From: a bacterium
Lineage (GTDB): Bacteria > Hinthialibacterota > Hinthialibacteria > Hinthialibacterales > Hinthialibacteraceae
Assembly: GCA_963662285.2 (NCBI GenBank)
Contig: CAXXMV010000001.1
Coordinates: forward strand, 608,001 to 672,000
Length of the DNA: 64,000 bases
Direction: 5' to 3'
A program made the position numbers and the translations under genes. The notes beneath the pieces were generated by a model. That model did no database searches and was not told the DNA's origin. It was given only the letters and a program-made list of their open reading frames with translations. Below, piece by piece: positions 47,448 to 57,504 of this stretch (its first letter is position 1; each line of letters begins with the position of its first letter).

Positions 47448-48122
47448 TCAAATATCCCATTCCAAAATGGCCCCATTTTTCAACAGCCAGTCTTTAGCTT
47501 TTTCCATATCGGTGATCTGAGCTTTGACGATGTTCCAAAACTGTGGCGTGTGGTTATTTTCAAGCAAATGAGCCAATTCGTGGATGATCATGTAATCGAT
47601 GATGAACATGGGGGCTTTGATCAAACGCCAGTTAAAATTGAGATTGTTCTTTGGCGTACAGGAGCCCCATCGATATTTACAATCCGTGATTTTAGCCTGA
47701 TTGTATTCAACTCCCAATTTTATCGCGTGACGGGGAACACGGGGGAGAATAATCTCTTTCGCTTTCTCGATATACCATTGCTTAATTACGTTTTTTCTTT
47801 TCGATAGTTTTTTTGGAATTAGGAACTTATGGGCAAATCGGATTTCGTCTACGCCATCTACCAATTCAATCAGGTAATTACGCCCCAAGTAAAGCATAGA
47901 TTCTCCGTTAACTAATTCTTTTCCAGGAGGGTGGGGTAATTCATTGAATTTTTGAGGGTGTTTTGTCTTGATGTAAATCCATTCTTTTCTCGATTCTACG
48001 GCTTGTCGAATTTTCTCTGGTGTTGCGCCAGCTGGCGCACGCACTACTATCGAACGGTCGCGTTCTACCGTGATCGCGATATTCTTCCTCTTCGAATAGA
48101 TAATCGTATAATTGAGTTCCAT
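47448..48122 (-). CDS. YgjP/DUF45 (M48-like) metallopeptidase associated with type I R-M
   Basis: RWGSC, LNFNWRL, IIHELAHL, NHTPQFW. Confidence 0.9.
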   Translation of the reverse strand: MELNYTIIYSKRKNIAITVERDRSIVVRAPAGATPEKIRQAVESRKEWIYIKTKHPQKFNELPHPPGKELVNGESMLYLGRNYLIELVDGVDEIRFAHKFLIPKKLSKRKNVIKQWYIEKAKEIILPRVPRHAIKLGVEYNQAKITDCKYRWGSCTPKNNLNFNWRLIKAPMFIIDYMIIHELAHLLENNHTPQFWNIVKAQITDMEKAKDWLLKNGAILEWDI

Positions 48123-48123
48123 T

Positions 48124-51100
48124 TTATGGCGCGTAGAGAATCCTGTCGTTATTCTTGTAGGCTAGTTCCATGCAACGAGTAATAATCTGTTCCCGCTTAG
48201 AAATAATTCCCGGCAATCTTACAAAATTCGCGGATAGCAGGACTTGTTGGATCTCTGCCCTCAAACGCTTCCGGGCGGGATTGCACTCCCAAAAGCCGGT
48301 TAATTTCAATTCCCGTTCTACCGTATTATACACTTGTTGTGTTAAGTCGACCATTTTACTGATTTGGTCATCGTCGAGTTCGCCGTTGTCATAGATTTCT
48401 TTCTTGAACATGCGGAAAAACGGCATCTGTTTTTTCTTATGCAGCCCGTACGTGGGTTCTTTATTCGCATTCAGAATTCGTTTCCGTAGTTTTTCTAATT
48501 CTTCATATATTTTCTGCCAGTTTTCTTTAAATTCCATAAAAATCGCAGCTAATGCTTCAGCGAAAGACGCTTGTAAATCGGGATCGTCGTCCAGTTCCAC
48601 TTCTATATGGTGGCGAATGGCATGCTCGACTTCCGCCGCTTTGGTTTTCTCCCGCTTACGTTTCCCCACCTGACTCTCAAAATCATCATCCAGGATGGAA
48701 ATCGGTTTTATCTTCTGCTCGATTCCTTTCGATTCGAGGTAAGCATCCGTCAACACGCGCAATTTGGCAGGAATCCCCTTCATGCTTAAACGCGCATCAT
48801 AAAAATGTTTCGCCGCCATAACATTGATTTCGGTCAGCTGCTGATAAAGATTCATGTATTCCAGTGCTTCTTTGGCAGGAAACACGAGATTCAAACTTTT
48901 AGTCAGGTTTTTGAAGGCCTGCATGTATTCAAAGCGGATGTCTTCATCGTAAAATAAATCAAAAAAAGAGTCGAGATCGTTATAATCAGTTAGACCGTAC
49001 TTCTCCAAGAATTCCTGGATCACTCGGCAGTTTGCCTGTAATTCCCGCAATTCTTCTTCAGGAAAACTGAGGGAATCACGTATTTCTTTTTGTTCTTTAT
49101 CATCATAGACATCGATAGCCCGCTTTAGGTGATGCCCGATGCCAACGTAATCGACGACGAATCCTTTCTCTTTATCCTCACTCTCCACGCGATTTACGCG
49201 GGCAATGGCCTGAAGCAGATTATGAGCCACGATAACACGATCCAGATACAACACCTGTTCGACTGGTGCATCGAATCCTGTAATCAACATGTTGTATACA
49301 ATCACAATTCCGATTTCCCCGGTCACGCCTTCATCCTGGCCCTCAAAAGGCAATTTGAAACTCTTAATGGATGCTTTGTGCTTAGATGGATTGGTATAAG
49401 GCTTAAGATGCAACTGATCGTTATTGTTACTAGAAATAATCACATCCGTTTCTAGTTTTTTGAGTGTGACAAGATTCAATTTACGGGGATTGCTCTTTTC
49501 CAATTCCGCTATGACATCCGCCAACGCCTTATCAAGCGCCGTTTTGTAACGCACCGCTGCTTCTCGTGATGCAGCTACTACCTGCGCCTTGAAGCCGTTA
49601 GGAAACACGTGATCAAGATAATGACGAATCACATCCTCCGCTTTGGCGGTTATGGTCGGCTCTGCTTCCAGATACGCATCACGCGAGCCATAACCGAGAA
49701 TCGCCAATCGTTCCTGTAGGTTGTATTCGCTGAACACGTCGGCGAACGCTGTATCCATTGCATCTCGGTTGACAATTTCGGCGTTATGCGTTCGGCCTTC
49801 GTAAACAATTTCCAGTGTGACGCCGTCCTCGATGGATTGGCGCATGGTGTATTTGTCGATGTAATCCCCAAAAACCCGCTCGGTCTTATCGATTGGCGTT
49901 CCTGTATATCCGAATCGGGCGGCGTTGGGAATCGCCTTATCCAGGTTCGCCGCCAGAAGCGCGTACTGCGATCGATGCGCTTCGTCGGTCATTACCAGGA
50001 TATTCGGGCTGGGATTCAATTCCGGGAAAGTCTGCGTCAGGTCTCGCTCCTGGAACTTGTGAATCATCGCCATAACCAAATCGGACGAACCAGAACGCAG
50101 CAGATCTTTGAGTTCGGGAATGTTGTTAGCCTGATTAACGGAGAAACCGATGTTTTGCCCCGTCTCCAGGAGTTGATCTTCGAGCTGCGTCCGGTCGGTG
50201 ACAAAAACCACTTTCCATTGACAGAGTTGAGGATGCTTGTACATCTCTCGCACCATAAACATCATGGTCAATGACTTGCCAGAGCCTTGGGTATGCCAGA
50301 TTATGCCACTGCGTTCGCGTGGCGTCTTCCCATCCAACAATTGTTTCACTGCCTTTTTCACCGCGCGGAATTGTTGATAGCGCCCAACGATCTTGATGGT
50401 TTCACCCTTGTCGTTGGTCGTGAAGAGGGTAAATGTTCGGATGATGTCCAATAGGTTATCCTTGGTCATCATCCCTGCAACTAACCGTTGTTGGTCGTTA
50501 GCCGTGCTGCCGCCGTGTTCCAGATCATCGACCGAAAGAGGGTACGGATCAGCCCAACGGAAGAAATATTTTTCCGTTTTCGTCGTGATGGATCCAAATT
50601 TCGCTTTTTGGCGACTGGTGACAACAATGAACTGATTGTAAAAAAACAACGACGGACTGCCTTCGCCTTTAGCACCGCGCTGTTCGCTGTAACGCATCAG
50701 TTGGTCGATGGCTTCAGGAATCGAATCATTCACCTTGGGGGATTTACATTCAATAACGACAAAAGGAAGACCATTAACGAACAACACGATATCCGGATAT
50801 ATATGGTGCTCCGTCCCCAGAATACGCACCTTGTACTGGCAGACGGCGATGAATCGGTTATTTTGAGAATTCTTGAAATCGATAAAGCGCACTGTCGGGC
50901 TTTTTTCGCCCGTTTGGCGGTTTTCGGAAACACTGGTGTTTTCCAACAGCAAATGCAACAGATGGCGGTTATTTTCAATTAGTTGGCTGCCTGGAAAGTT
51001 GGCGGTGAGATGCTTGACCGCTTCTTCCACCTGATCGTCTTCCAACCAGGGATTGATGGTCTTCAGCGACTCACGCAGCACGGGGAGCATCACCACTTCC

Positions 51101-51252
51101 GTGAAACTCTCCCTGAAGGTATCGCCCGGTTTCTGCTTGTTATTCAGGTCGATAATCTCCCAGCCCAATCCCGCCAACTGATCCAATAGCGGTTTTTCAA
51201 CGTGGTTACGTTCGTCGAGTTTGATGTGCGGAGGAGTTTTGTTCGTTTTCAT
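48124..51252 (-). CDS. hsdR: Type I restriction endonuclease subunit R
   Basis: PDIVLFVNGLP..IECK, WHTQGSGKS, DEAHRSQY, TGTP, TGFDAP, QAIARVNR. Confidence 0.96.
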   Translation of the reverse strand: MKTNKTPPHIKLDERNHVEKPLLDQLAGLGWEIIDLNNKQKPGDTFRESFTEVVMLPVLRESLKTINPWLEDDQVEEAVKHLTANFPGSQLIENNRHLLHLLLENTSVSENRQTGEKSPTVRFIDFKNSQNNRFIAVCQYKVRILGTEHHIYPDIVLFVNGLPFVVIECKSPKVNDSIPEAIDQLMRYSEQRGAKGEGSPSLFFYNQFIVVTSRQKAKFGSITTKTEKYFFRWADPYPLSVDDLEHGGSTANDQQRLVAGMMTKDNLLDIIRTFTLFTTNDKGETIKIVGRYQQFRAVKKAVKQLLDGKTPRERSGIIWHTQGSGKSLTMMFMVREMYKHPQLCQWKVVFVTDRTQLEDQLLETGQNIGFSVNQANNIPELKDLLRSGSSDLVMAMIHKFQERDLTQTFPELNPSPNILVMTDEAHRSQYALLAANLDKAIPNAARFGYTGTPIDKTERVFGDYIDKYTMRQSIEDGVTLEIVYEGRTHNAEIVNRDAMDTAFADVFSEYNLQERLAILGYGSRDAYLEAEPTITAKAEDVIRHYLDHVFPNGFKAQVVAASREAAVRYKTALDKALADVIAELEKSNPRKLNLVTLKKLETDVIISSNNNDQLHLKPYTNPSKHKASIKSFKLPFEGQDEGVTGEIGIVIVYNMLITGFDAPVEQVLYLDRVIVAHNLLQAIARVNRVESEDKEKGFVVDYVGIGHHLKRAIDVYDDKEQKEIRDSLSFPEEELRELQANCRVIQEFLEKYGLTDYNDLDSFFDLFYDEDIRFEYMQAFKNLTKSLNLVFPAKEALEYMNLYQQLTEINVMAAKHFYDARLSMKGIPAKLRVLTDAYLESKGIEQKIKPISILDDDFESQVGKRKREKTKAAEVEHAIRHHIEVELDDDPDLQASFAEALAAIFMEFKENWQKIYEELEKLRKRILNANKEPTYGLHKKKQMPFFRMFKKEIYDNGELDDDQISKMVDLTQQVYNTVERELKLTGFWECNPARKRLRAEIQQVLLSANFVRLPGIISKREQIITRCMELAYKNNDRILYAP

Positions 51253-52604
51253 GGCTTTCTCTTCACAACCCAGCGACCGCCTTTGGCCGGACCGGTTCGT
51301 TCGATGAATCCCTGTTCCCGTAGATTTTTCGTCTGTTTGAGCACGGCTCGTTTCGATATTCCAAGGATGTTCGCAATCGTTTCCGTCGAAATCTGAGGAT
51401 TGTCGAGCATCAATTCCACAATCCGTTCGCCGGTTTTTGGTGAACTTTTTGGTGAACTTTTTGGTGAACTTTTTGGTGAACTTTTATCCGGCGCTGGAGA
51501 GGGCAGGCTGAACTGTACCATCAACCCCGCGCCGTCGTACCGGTAGTTGGGCGGAGGGACTCCTGCATCCAGGCAAGCAGCGTTGATTTTCTCTATCCCT
51601 CGTCCCCACGATTCGATCATCCCTGTGCGGAAGAACGTGTTGGCGATCAAGGGATTGAATGGTCGCGAGGCGTGTTTGGATAATAGGTTTTCCACAGTCC
51701 AGTTTTCTGGAAGACGACCTTCATTCCAGAAATAGATTTTGTCTTCGTAAACGCTGATCTGAATGGGTACGCCGCTGCTGTAATCTTTATGAACAATGGC
51801 GTTCAACAACGCCTCGCGCAACGCCGCCGGAGGAACGGGTAACCGCTCCACCCGCACTAATCCCTCATAACTGATTGCGGCCTTCTGATATTTCGTGAGC
51901 AACAAATCCATCGCCTTGTCGGCCTGGATCAGCAGACTTCCATGGATTTCGTCCTGATACAGCAAATCGGCGTCTGTGCGAAAGTATCCGATTTTGATGT
52001 AGGCCCCGACCGCCCACTTTTCGGGATTGTGATGAAACAGCAGGAGGGCGGCGTGCTTGAGGTATTCGCCTTCAGTCAGGTTCAGATTGTCGAGCAGCAG
52101 AGCGTTGCAGTCCGCCAGGACGGCGTCGCTTACCCTTCCGCTACGCGCGGCTTTGGCGCGAAAGTTTGTAAACGATTCTTCCTGAAGATCGTCCGCCGTT
52201 ACGTTGGGCGTGGGCGCGCCATCCCAATGACGCCCCTGCTTCTTTAGCAGAAACCGGTCGAGGGCCGCCCCCTTTAGCTCCTGTTTGGTGCTTCCACTGC
52301 GATAGTGATATTCTCCCTTGTAATTGATGGGATAGGGATAGGATTCCACCAGGATTTCAAGAAGGTCTTTGCCGTTTTCCTTGATCAGGTTCACATCAAC
52401 AACAATACCTAGAATATCCCGTACTTTGTTGGGGATGTCGGTTAACAGTTTTTTCGCGTTGGAAAGCCCGACAGTCTTGCCCCTGTCGTCCTTTCCGACG
52501 ATCAGTTTGCCGCCCTGCGCGTTGGCAAAGCCACATATCCAACGCAGATACTCATCGCGCCAGGATTCTTTCCATTCCACGGATTGGCTTTCGCCGTCGC
52601 TCAT
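51249..52604 (-). CDS. AlbA_2/Schlafen-like domain plus HATPase-like domain plus HTH protein
   Basis: ESQSVEWKE...FANAQGG; REALLNAIVHKDY; NPLIA, ESWGRG; C-terminal wHTH. Confidence 0.85.
   Translation of the reverse strand: MSDGESQSVEWKESWRDEYLRWICGFANAQGGKLIVGKDDRGKTVGLSNAKKLLTDIPNKVRDILGIVVDVNLIKENGKDLLEILVESYPYPINYKGEYHYRSGSTKQELKGAALDRFLLKKQGRHWDGAPTPNVTADDLQEESFTNFRAKAARSGRVSDAVLADCNALLLDNLNLTEGEYLKHAALLLFHHNPEKWAVGAYIKIGYFRTDADLLYQDEIHGSLLIQADKAMDLLLTKYQKAAISYEGLVRVERLPVPPAALREALLNAIVHKDYSSGVPIQISVYEDKIYFWNEGRLPENWTVENLLSKHASRPFNPLIANTFFRTGMIESWGRGIEKINAACLDAGVPPPNYRYDGAGLMVQFSLPSPAPDKSSPKSSPKSSPKSSPKTGERIVELMLDNPQISTETIANILGISKRAVLKQTKNLREQGFIERTGPAKGGRWVVKRKP
51434..51481. repeat. 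12-bp tandem repeat x4 (coding SSPK linker)
   Basis: (TTTTTGGTGAAC)4. Confidence 0.95.
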
Positions 52605-53770
52605 GACTTGGCATCCTCTCGTTCATTTAGCAGTTTTGTTACACGCACCGTACCCGTTAATAAGTCTTGCATTAGGGCGGTTTTCTGACAAGTGAACTTA
52701 TTCAAGCTGCTTTTATAGTCCTCAATCAGTTGATCTATTGCTTCCAATACTTTTATGATTTCAATTTGTTCAGTTCTATTTGGTACTGAAAGTTGATTAG
52801 GATGTAAATCATTTCGGTTTAGAGACGGCGATCCAGATTTGGTTCCAAATCTTTGCAAATCTAAAAAAGTATATAAATAAAAAACATACTTTACACAGTT
52901 ATCATTAAAGTTAGTTACAAACAAACTTGTATCATGTGCCCAAAAGTCACCTTCAACATAGTGAACTAAACCAATTGTTCCTTTTCTTCCGACGGTTACA
53001 CCGGGGCCACTTGTTGTCCATTTGTTATGAAACCCAATAATTCCTGATGATGATATTACAGGATAGGTTCCTTCAATTATATTCTCTTCAATAATATCAA
53101 ATCCACGTTGTAGAGGGGCGAAATTACGAAGATTAACAATTTCCCACTCCACCGGAATCCTCCCCAGCGGAGTGTCCTTAAACTCATGATTTTCTTCAGA
53201 GCGGATATTGCCGTGTTCGTCGATGCCTTTGGTCAGCAGGTCCTGCATCAGGCCGGTCTTAATGCGCTGCTGCTTGGCGATCAACGCCTCGGTCTGCTCA
53301 ATCGCCCGATCTACCATCGAGAGAATTTCAGAGATTTGGGTTTGCTCTGCTTTGTCAAATTCAAGGATTTCCAACTTTCCGAGAATTTCTTTATCTACAT
53401 GCGGGATACCAGAACCAGATGTATGTCCTTTGAGATAAGGCTCCCATTTTTTCAGAGCATAAAAGAAATATTCTGTATCAAATTCATCTCCGTGAGATAC
53501 GTAAGTCATTGTTGAAGCTAATAAACCTTTACGTCCTCGGAAAATCTCACCAGCGTTTGAACCATCCCACAAAAGCACAGTATCTCTATCATCAATCCAA
53601 ACAGCTTTTGCGCTTGGCTTTGCGAGTTCGGCTGGTGCTTTACATCTTAGATATTCAGGGGACAAATAATAGGTTGCACCTTCACCGAAATATGGTATTT
53701 GGGCAGGTGGTTTACCTTTATTTAGAACGACCACTTCTGAAAGTAATTTATGCTTAATTTTTATAATCAT
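52601..53770 (-). CDS. hsdS: Type I R-M specificity subunit
   Basis: Two TRDs, [15 protein letters not shown] twice; ATG 53770 overlaps the hsdM stop (ATGA). Confidence 0.92.
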   Translation of the reverse strand: MIIKIKHKLLSEVVVLNKGKPPAQIPYFGEGATYYLSPEYLRCKAPAELAKPSAKAVWIDDRDTVLLWDGSNAGEIFRGRKGLLASTMTYVSHGDEFDTEYFFYALKKWEPYLKGHTSGSGIPHVDKEILGKLEILEFDKAEQTQISEILSMVDRAIEQTEALIAKQQRIKTGLMQDLLTKGIDEHGNIRSEENHEFKDTPLGRIPVEWEIVNLRNFAPLQRGFDIIEENIIEGTYPVISSSGIIGFHNKWTTSGPGVTVGRKGTIGLVHYVEGDFWAHDTSLFVTNFNDNCVKYVFYLYTFLDLQRFGTKSGSPSLNRNDLHPNQLSVPNRTEQIEIIKVLEAIDQLIEDYKSSLNKFTCQKTALMQDLLTGTVRVTKLLNEREDAKS

Positions 53771-56424
53771 CCCATATACCCCAATCCCTTCAAGAAACCA
53801 TCCAACGTTAGCAGAGTTTCCTGCCGTTGCGCTTCTAGTTCGCAGCTGCTGACGGCGTATTTGTCCCACAGGTTTTCCACGATGCGGACAAGCGCCCGCT
53901 TTTCGGCGTTCAGGTAACGGTTCAGTTCTTCGTTGATCAGATCGTAGAGTTTCTTAAGGATCAGCCGCTTGGCTTCCTCCTCGGACAGCGGCCCGCCGAT
54001 TTCTTTCAGCAGTCCATCGACGCGCTCCAATCGCGCATTAAGCGCCGCCTTATCCTTGTTGAGGGCATTGACCTTTTTCTTGTTGTCTTTCTTCGCCGGA
54101 TCGAGCCCCGCCAATTGCGCCTCAACCTGCCGGATCAACTCGCGCGTCTCTGCCTTATATTCCTCGCCGCCAAGCCGTTTCAGTTCGAGTTTCTCCTGCA
54201 ACTCCGATTCTTTCTCTTTCAAAAAGGCCTTCAATTCCTTGATCGCCTTTTCGATATCTGTGATGGCCTTGAGCTGCCGCTGGTATTGCTTCAGTTCCTT
54301 TTTCGCCGACTCGCCGGGCGAATCCTTCAGGTCGTCTATTGTGCTTTTCAGATGTTTCTTGATCACAGTCGCGGTTACTTTTTCGCCTTCATCCGGTTCG
54401 TACTCCACCGCTTCCACTGCCTCCTCCAATTCCCCCTGCTTTTCACTAATCCGGGCTTCCAGGTCGGCGATGGCATCCGCCTCGGCTTGAAAGAATTCGG
54501 CGATAAGATACTTGTCGGGGATCAATCCATGATACCAACCGGTTGTGGTGACGGTTTTGAGATCGTATCGGATATTCTTCCACCAATTCACAAAAACTCC
54601 GGCGGACTGAAATTCATCGAGCACATTAAGTGGTACGAGTCTATCTTTGATAGTGGTTAACAGTTCGTGGCGCACGTCGGGTAGTTTCCTACCGTCGCGC
54701 AGCTGGGCGAAATCGTCACGTGCAATCGTCCACCACGTTTTTAGTATATTTGCATGTTTCGCCAAAACCTTAATCAATTGCTTATCTGTCTCCAGCCGTG
54801 TTTTAATAGCAGGTTTACTATTGATTTCAGGACGAAAAATCAGATAACCCGCCCGCTCTGGTTGAAACAAGGTCACCGAATCTACACGGAATTTAAAAAA
54901 CTCTTTGCGTTGTGTCTCAACCTCCGATTCTGGTACTCCACCGATCAAGTGCGCCTGTACATCTTCCGGCTCAGGATCTGGGGTATTATCCACATACCGG
55001 CGGATGTTCAGATTATAGTCGTGCTTTTCAATAATTTCGGTTGAATCCACCAGGCGGCTGTATTTAGAGATTTCCAGTTTATGAGTGAAGACGTGATCTA
55101 TTTTTTCGATGTCTTCCGGTCGAAGTTTGTTCTGATTTTTGCCCTCGGCGTATTCACGGTCGGCATTGACGAACAGAATCTTGTTCTTAAGCGTATCGGG
55201 TTTGTTTTTATTCACCACCAGCACGCAGGCCGGAATACCCGTCCCGTAAAATAATCCTGACGGCAAACTGATTATCGCTTCAATCCAGTCTTCCTGAATG
55301 AATATTTCGCGAATGAGTTTCTCTTTCCCGCCCCGGAAAAGAACGCCGTGGGGCATTATCGTCGCCATATGCCCATCGGATTTCAAACTGGCGATCATGT
55401 GCTGAACAAACATCAGATCGGCTTTTTTCCCAGTCTCCGTGCAAAACTCCTGAAAGCGGTGCTTAAAGTCCATGTTCTCGCGGCTGTAGTTCTGAGAAAA
55501 GGGAGGGTTGGCAAGCACGCGGTCGAATTGACGAATCTTTCCATTCTTCAAAATCAGAGGATCTTCCAGCGTGTCGCCGTTTTCAACGGTAAAGCGGGTG
55601 ATGTTATGCAAAATCATGTTCATGTTGCAGATCGACCATACCGTGCCGTTGGAGTCCTGGCCGTACAGGAATAAGTCATCCTGATTCTGCCCCTGTTCCT
55701 CGACGTATTGATACGCCTGAATGAGAAAGCCGCCAGATCCCACAGTGGGGTCATAGATCGTTTTACCCGCTTCGGGCTTGACTAACTGTACGAGCAGCCG
55801 AACTACTTCGGCGGGCGTATAAAATTCACCGCCCTTTTTCCCCGCGCTATCCGCAAAATATTTGATTAGGTATTCGTAAGCGGCTCCAAGCAGGTCTGGA
55901 AACTCAAAATTATCGTTGATCAACACAATACCGTTGAAATGATCGAGCAGTTTTTTCCAATTCTGGTCAGATATCTTTGTTTTGCCTTTTACGGCGTTGA
56001 AATCGATATTGTTTTTCAACACGCCAGCCAGCGCGTCGTTCTCGTCTTCAATGGCGGCGATTGCTTTATTCAGCATGTTGCCGATGTCATGCTTGAGATC
56101 TTTCATTGGTGGCACTTCGTCGCCATTCTCATCGATCCACGATTCACGCCAACGCGCCCTGGTTGGAATGAAAAAGGTATCGCTATACGACGTCTTGCTG
56201 TTTATGACTTCTTCATACTGTTTCGGATCAATTTCCTTCAGATGAGCGTAAGTCTTTTTGATTTCTTCCCGCTTTACATCGAACTCATCTGAAAGCCGCT
56301 TAATAAAAAGCATTCCAAAGATGAATTCCTTGAATTCCGAAGCGTCCATTTTACCGCGCAAAATATCAGCGGCTTTTAATAGAAAACTTTCCAATTGAGC
56401 AAGAGTGATTTTGTTACGGTTCAT
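53767..56424 (-). CDS. hsdM: Type I R-M methyltransferase with long coiled-coil C-terminus
   Basis: [36 protein letters not shown]. Confidence 0.96.
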   Translation of the reverse strand: MNRNKITLAQLESFLLKAADILRGKMDASEFKEFIFGMLFIKRLSDEFDVKREEIKKTYAHLKEIDPKQYEEVINSKTSYSDTFFIPTRARWRESWIDENGDEVPPMKDLKHDIGNMLNKAIAAIEDENDALAGVLKNNIDFNAVKGKTKISDQNWKKLLDHFNGIVLINDNFEFPDLLGAAYEYLIKYFADSAGKKGGEFYTPAEVVRLLVQLVKPEAGKTIYDPTVGSGGFLIQAYQYVEEQGQNQDDLFLYGQDSNGTVWSICNMNMILHNITRFTVENGDTLEDPLILKNGKIRQFDRVLANPPFSQNYSRENMDFKHRFQEFCTETGKKADLMFVQHMIASLKSDGHMATIMPHGVLFRGGKEKLIREIFIQEDWIEAIISLPSGLFYGTGIPACVLVVNKNKPDTLKNKILFVNADREYAEGKNQNKLRPEDIEKIDHVFTHKLEISKYSRLVDSTEIIEKHDYNLNIRRYVDNTPDPEPEDVQAHLIGGVPESEVETQRKEFFKFRVDSVTLFQPERAGYLIFRPEINSKPAIKTRLETDKQLIKVLAKHANILKTWWTIARDDFAQLRDGRKLPDVRHELLTTIKDRLVPLNVLDEFQSAGVFVNWWKNIRYDLKTVTTTGWYHGLIPDKYLIAEFFQAEADAIADLEARISEKQGELEEAVEAVEYEPDEGEKVTATVIKKHLKSTIDDLKDSPGESAKKELKQYQRQLKAITDIEKAIKELKAFLKEKESELQEKLELKRLGGEEYKAETRELIRQVEAQLAGLDPAKKDNKKKVNALNKDKAALNARLERVDGLLKEIGGPLSEEEAKRLILKKLYDLINEELNRYLNAEKRALVRIVENLWDKYAVSSCELEAQRQETLLTLDGFLKGLGYMG

Positions 56425-57504
56425 AAATACTTAAATTCCCATCGTTTTTCTATTAACCAAAATCTTATCATGTTCCATAAAATTGACTTTAGGAATCATC
56501 TGCGATAGTAGTTAGCGAGTCAATTACCCCAGTTCGAAAACAAAAAAAACGTGAACCTGTCAGATAAAGGACGCTGCTTTTTAGAAGACTTAGTAGAAAA
56601 AGCCGCTTTTCTTACATCAAGCAGTGCTCATGGTAATCCCACAAAGACAGTCTGTCTCAAATAGTCACCCGCCATATTATTCGCCCCACCGCAACTTTCA
56701 CTGCATATAATCCACTTATCCACCCTAACCTCTCCAGGAGTAGACGTAGGCATGGGTCCAGATGAAACGTATTTATCTTACTGGACACAATTCTTCTTGA
56801 CTCATGATTTTCAAATTATCGATTAGAATACTCGATTTGACGCCGGGACCGCCCAATTGTACTACGCCAATGGGTGCAAATATTATAAGTAACTGGTTTT
56901 TGCTTGCCGATATGATTTATTACACCAGAACAAACTACAGGCGTCAACTGAACTGAACAACATATACTTACAACTAATAAATACATATATAATAAATAAT
57001 ATGCCAAATAAGTACCAAATATATTCATTATTTGCAAAAATTTTGGGTGGAATCGATAGAAAAATGAATTATGCACTACGCTTTTGATCCATAATACTGA
57101 ATAATACAACTGTATGTATTGACTTAATTGAATGACCTTGATGCGTAAGTATTAGATTGTTTGAGTCTCGGCGTTTTTACGTATCATTGAATAGTTATTT
57201 GTTTATTGTTGAAAACCTTGTAAAGTAACTCTTGTTATTTGCTGTTTTTATTCTCTATTGCATTCGACATGAACCGTTTTTGCGCAAAATCTTGTTTTTT
57301 AATGGATGTTTCTAGTGATATCACGGAAACCAATGGTGTTACGCTTATAGGGGCAGGTGTTCGGTTAAGTTTTCCTGTAATACTTATTGATTGTTGATGA
57401 ACATCAGAAGAAACGATGGTTGCGCTTTTAGTCTACCGATTAAACTCGGTTGCTTTTTGTTTGATCAAATCTTAAAAATCTCAAAATGCAGAGGAGAATT
57501 TATT

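Noticed and set aside
51434-51481. P4-type GGTGAAC iterons
   Set aside because: The match lies in an in-frame coding linker repeat far from the replication genes; likely coincidence.
52601-53869. hsdS start at 53869 as in the ORF track
   Set aside because: Would overlap hsdM by about 100 nt; ATG 53770 gives the usual ATGA coupling.
48170-56292. Many antisense ORFs over hsdR and hsdM
   Set aside because: Shadow frames of well-supported genes on the opposite strand.
56425-57504. Gene or second ncRNA in the 1-kb gap; AACCTGTC-N7-GGACGC at 56554 echoes 41371; sigma54-like TGGTAC-N5-TGGC on the minus strand near 57003-57017
   Set aside because: AT-rich with only broken frames; the motif echo does not extend and the promoter deviates at -12. 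Too weak to call.
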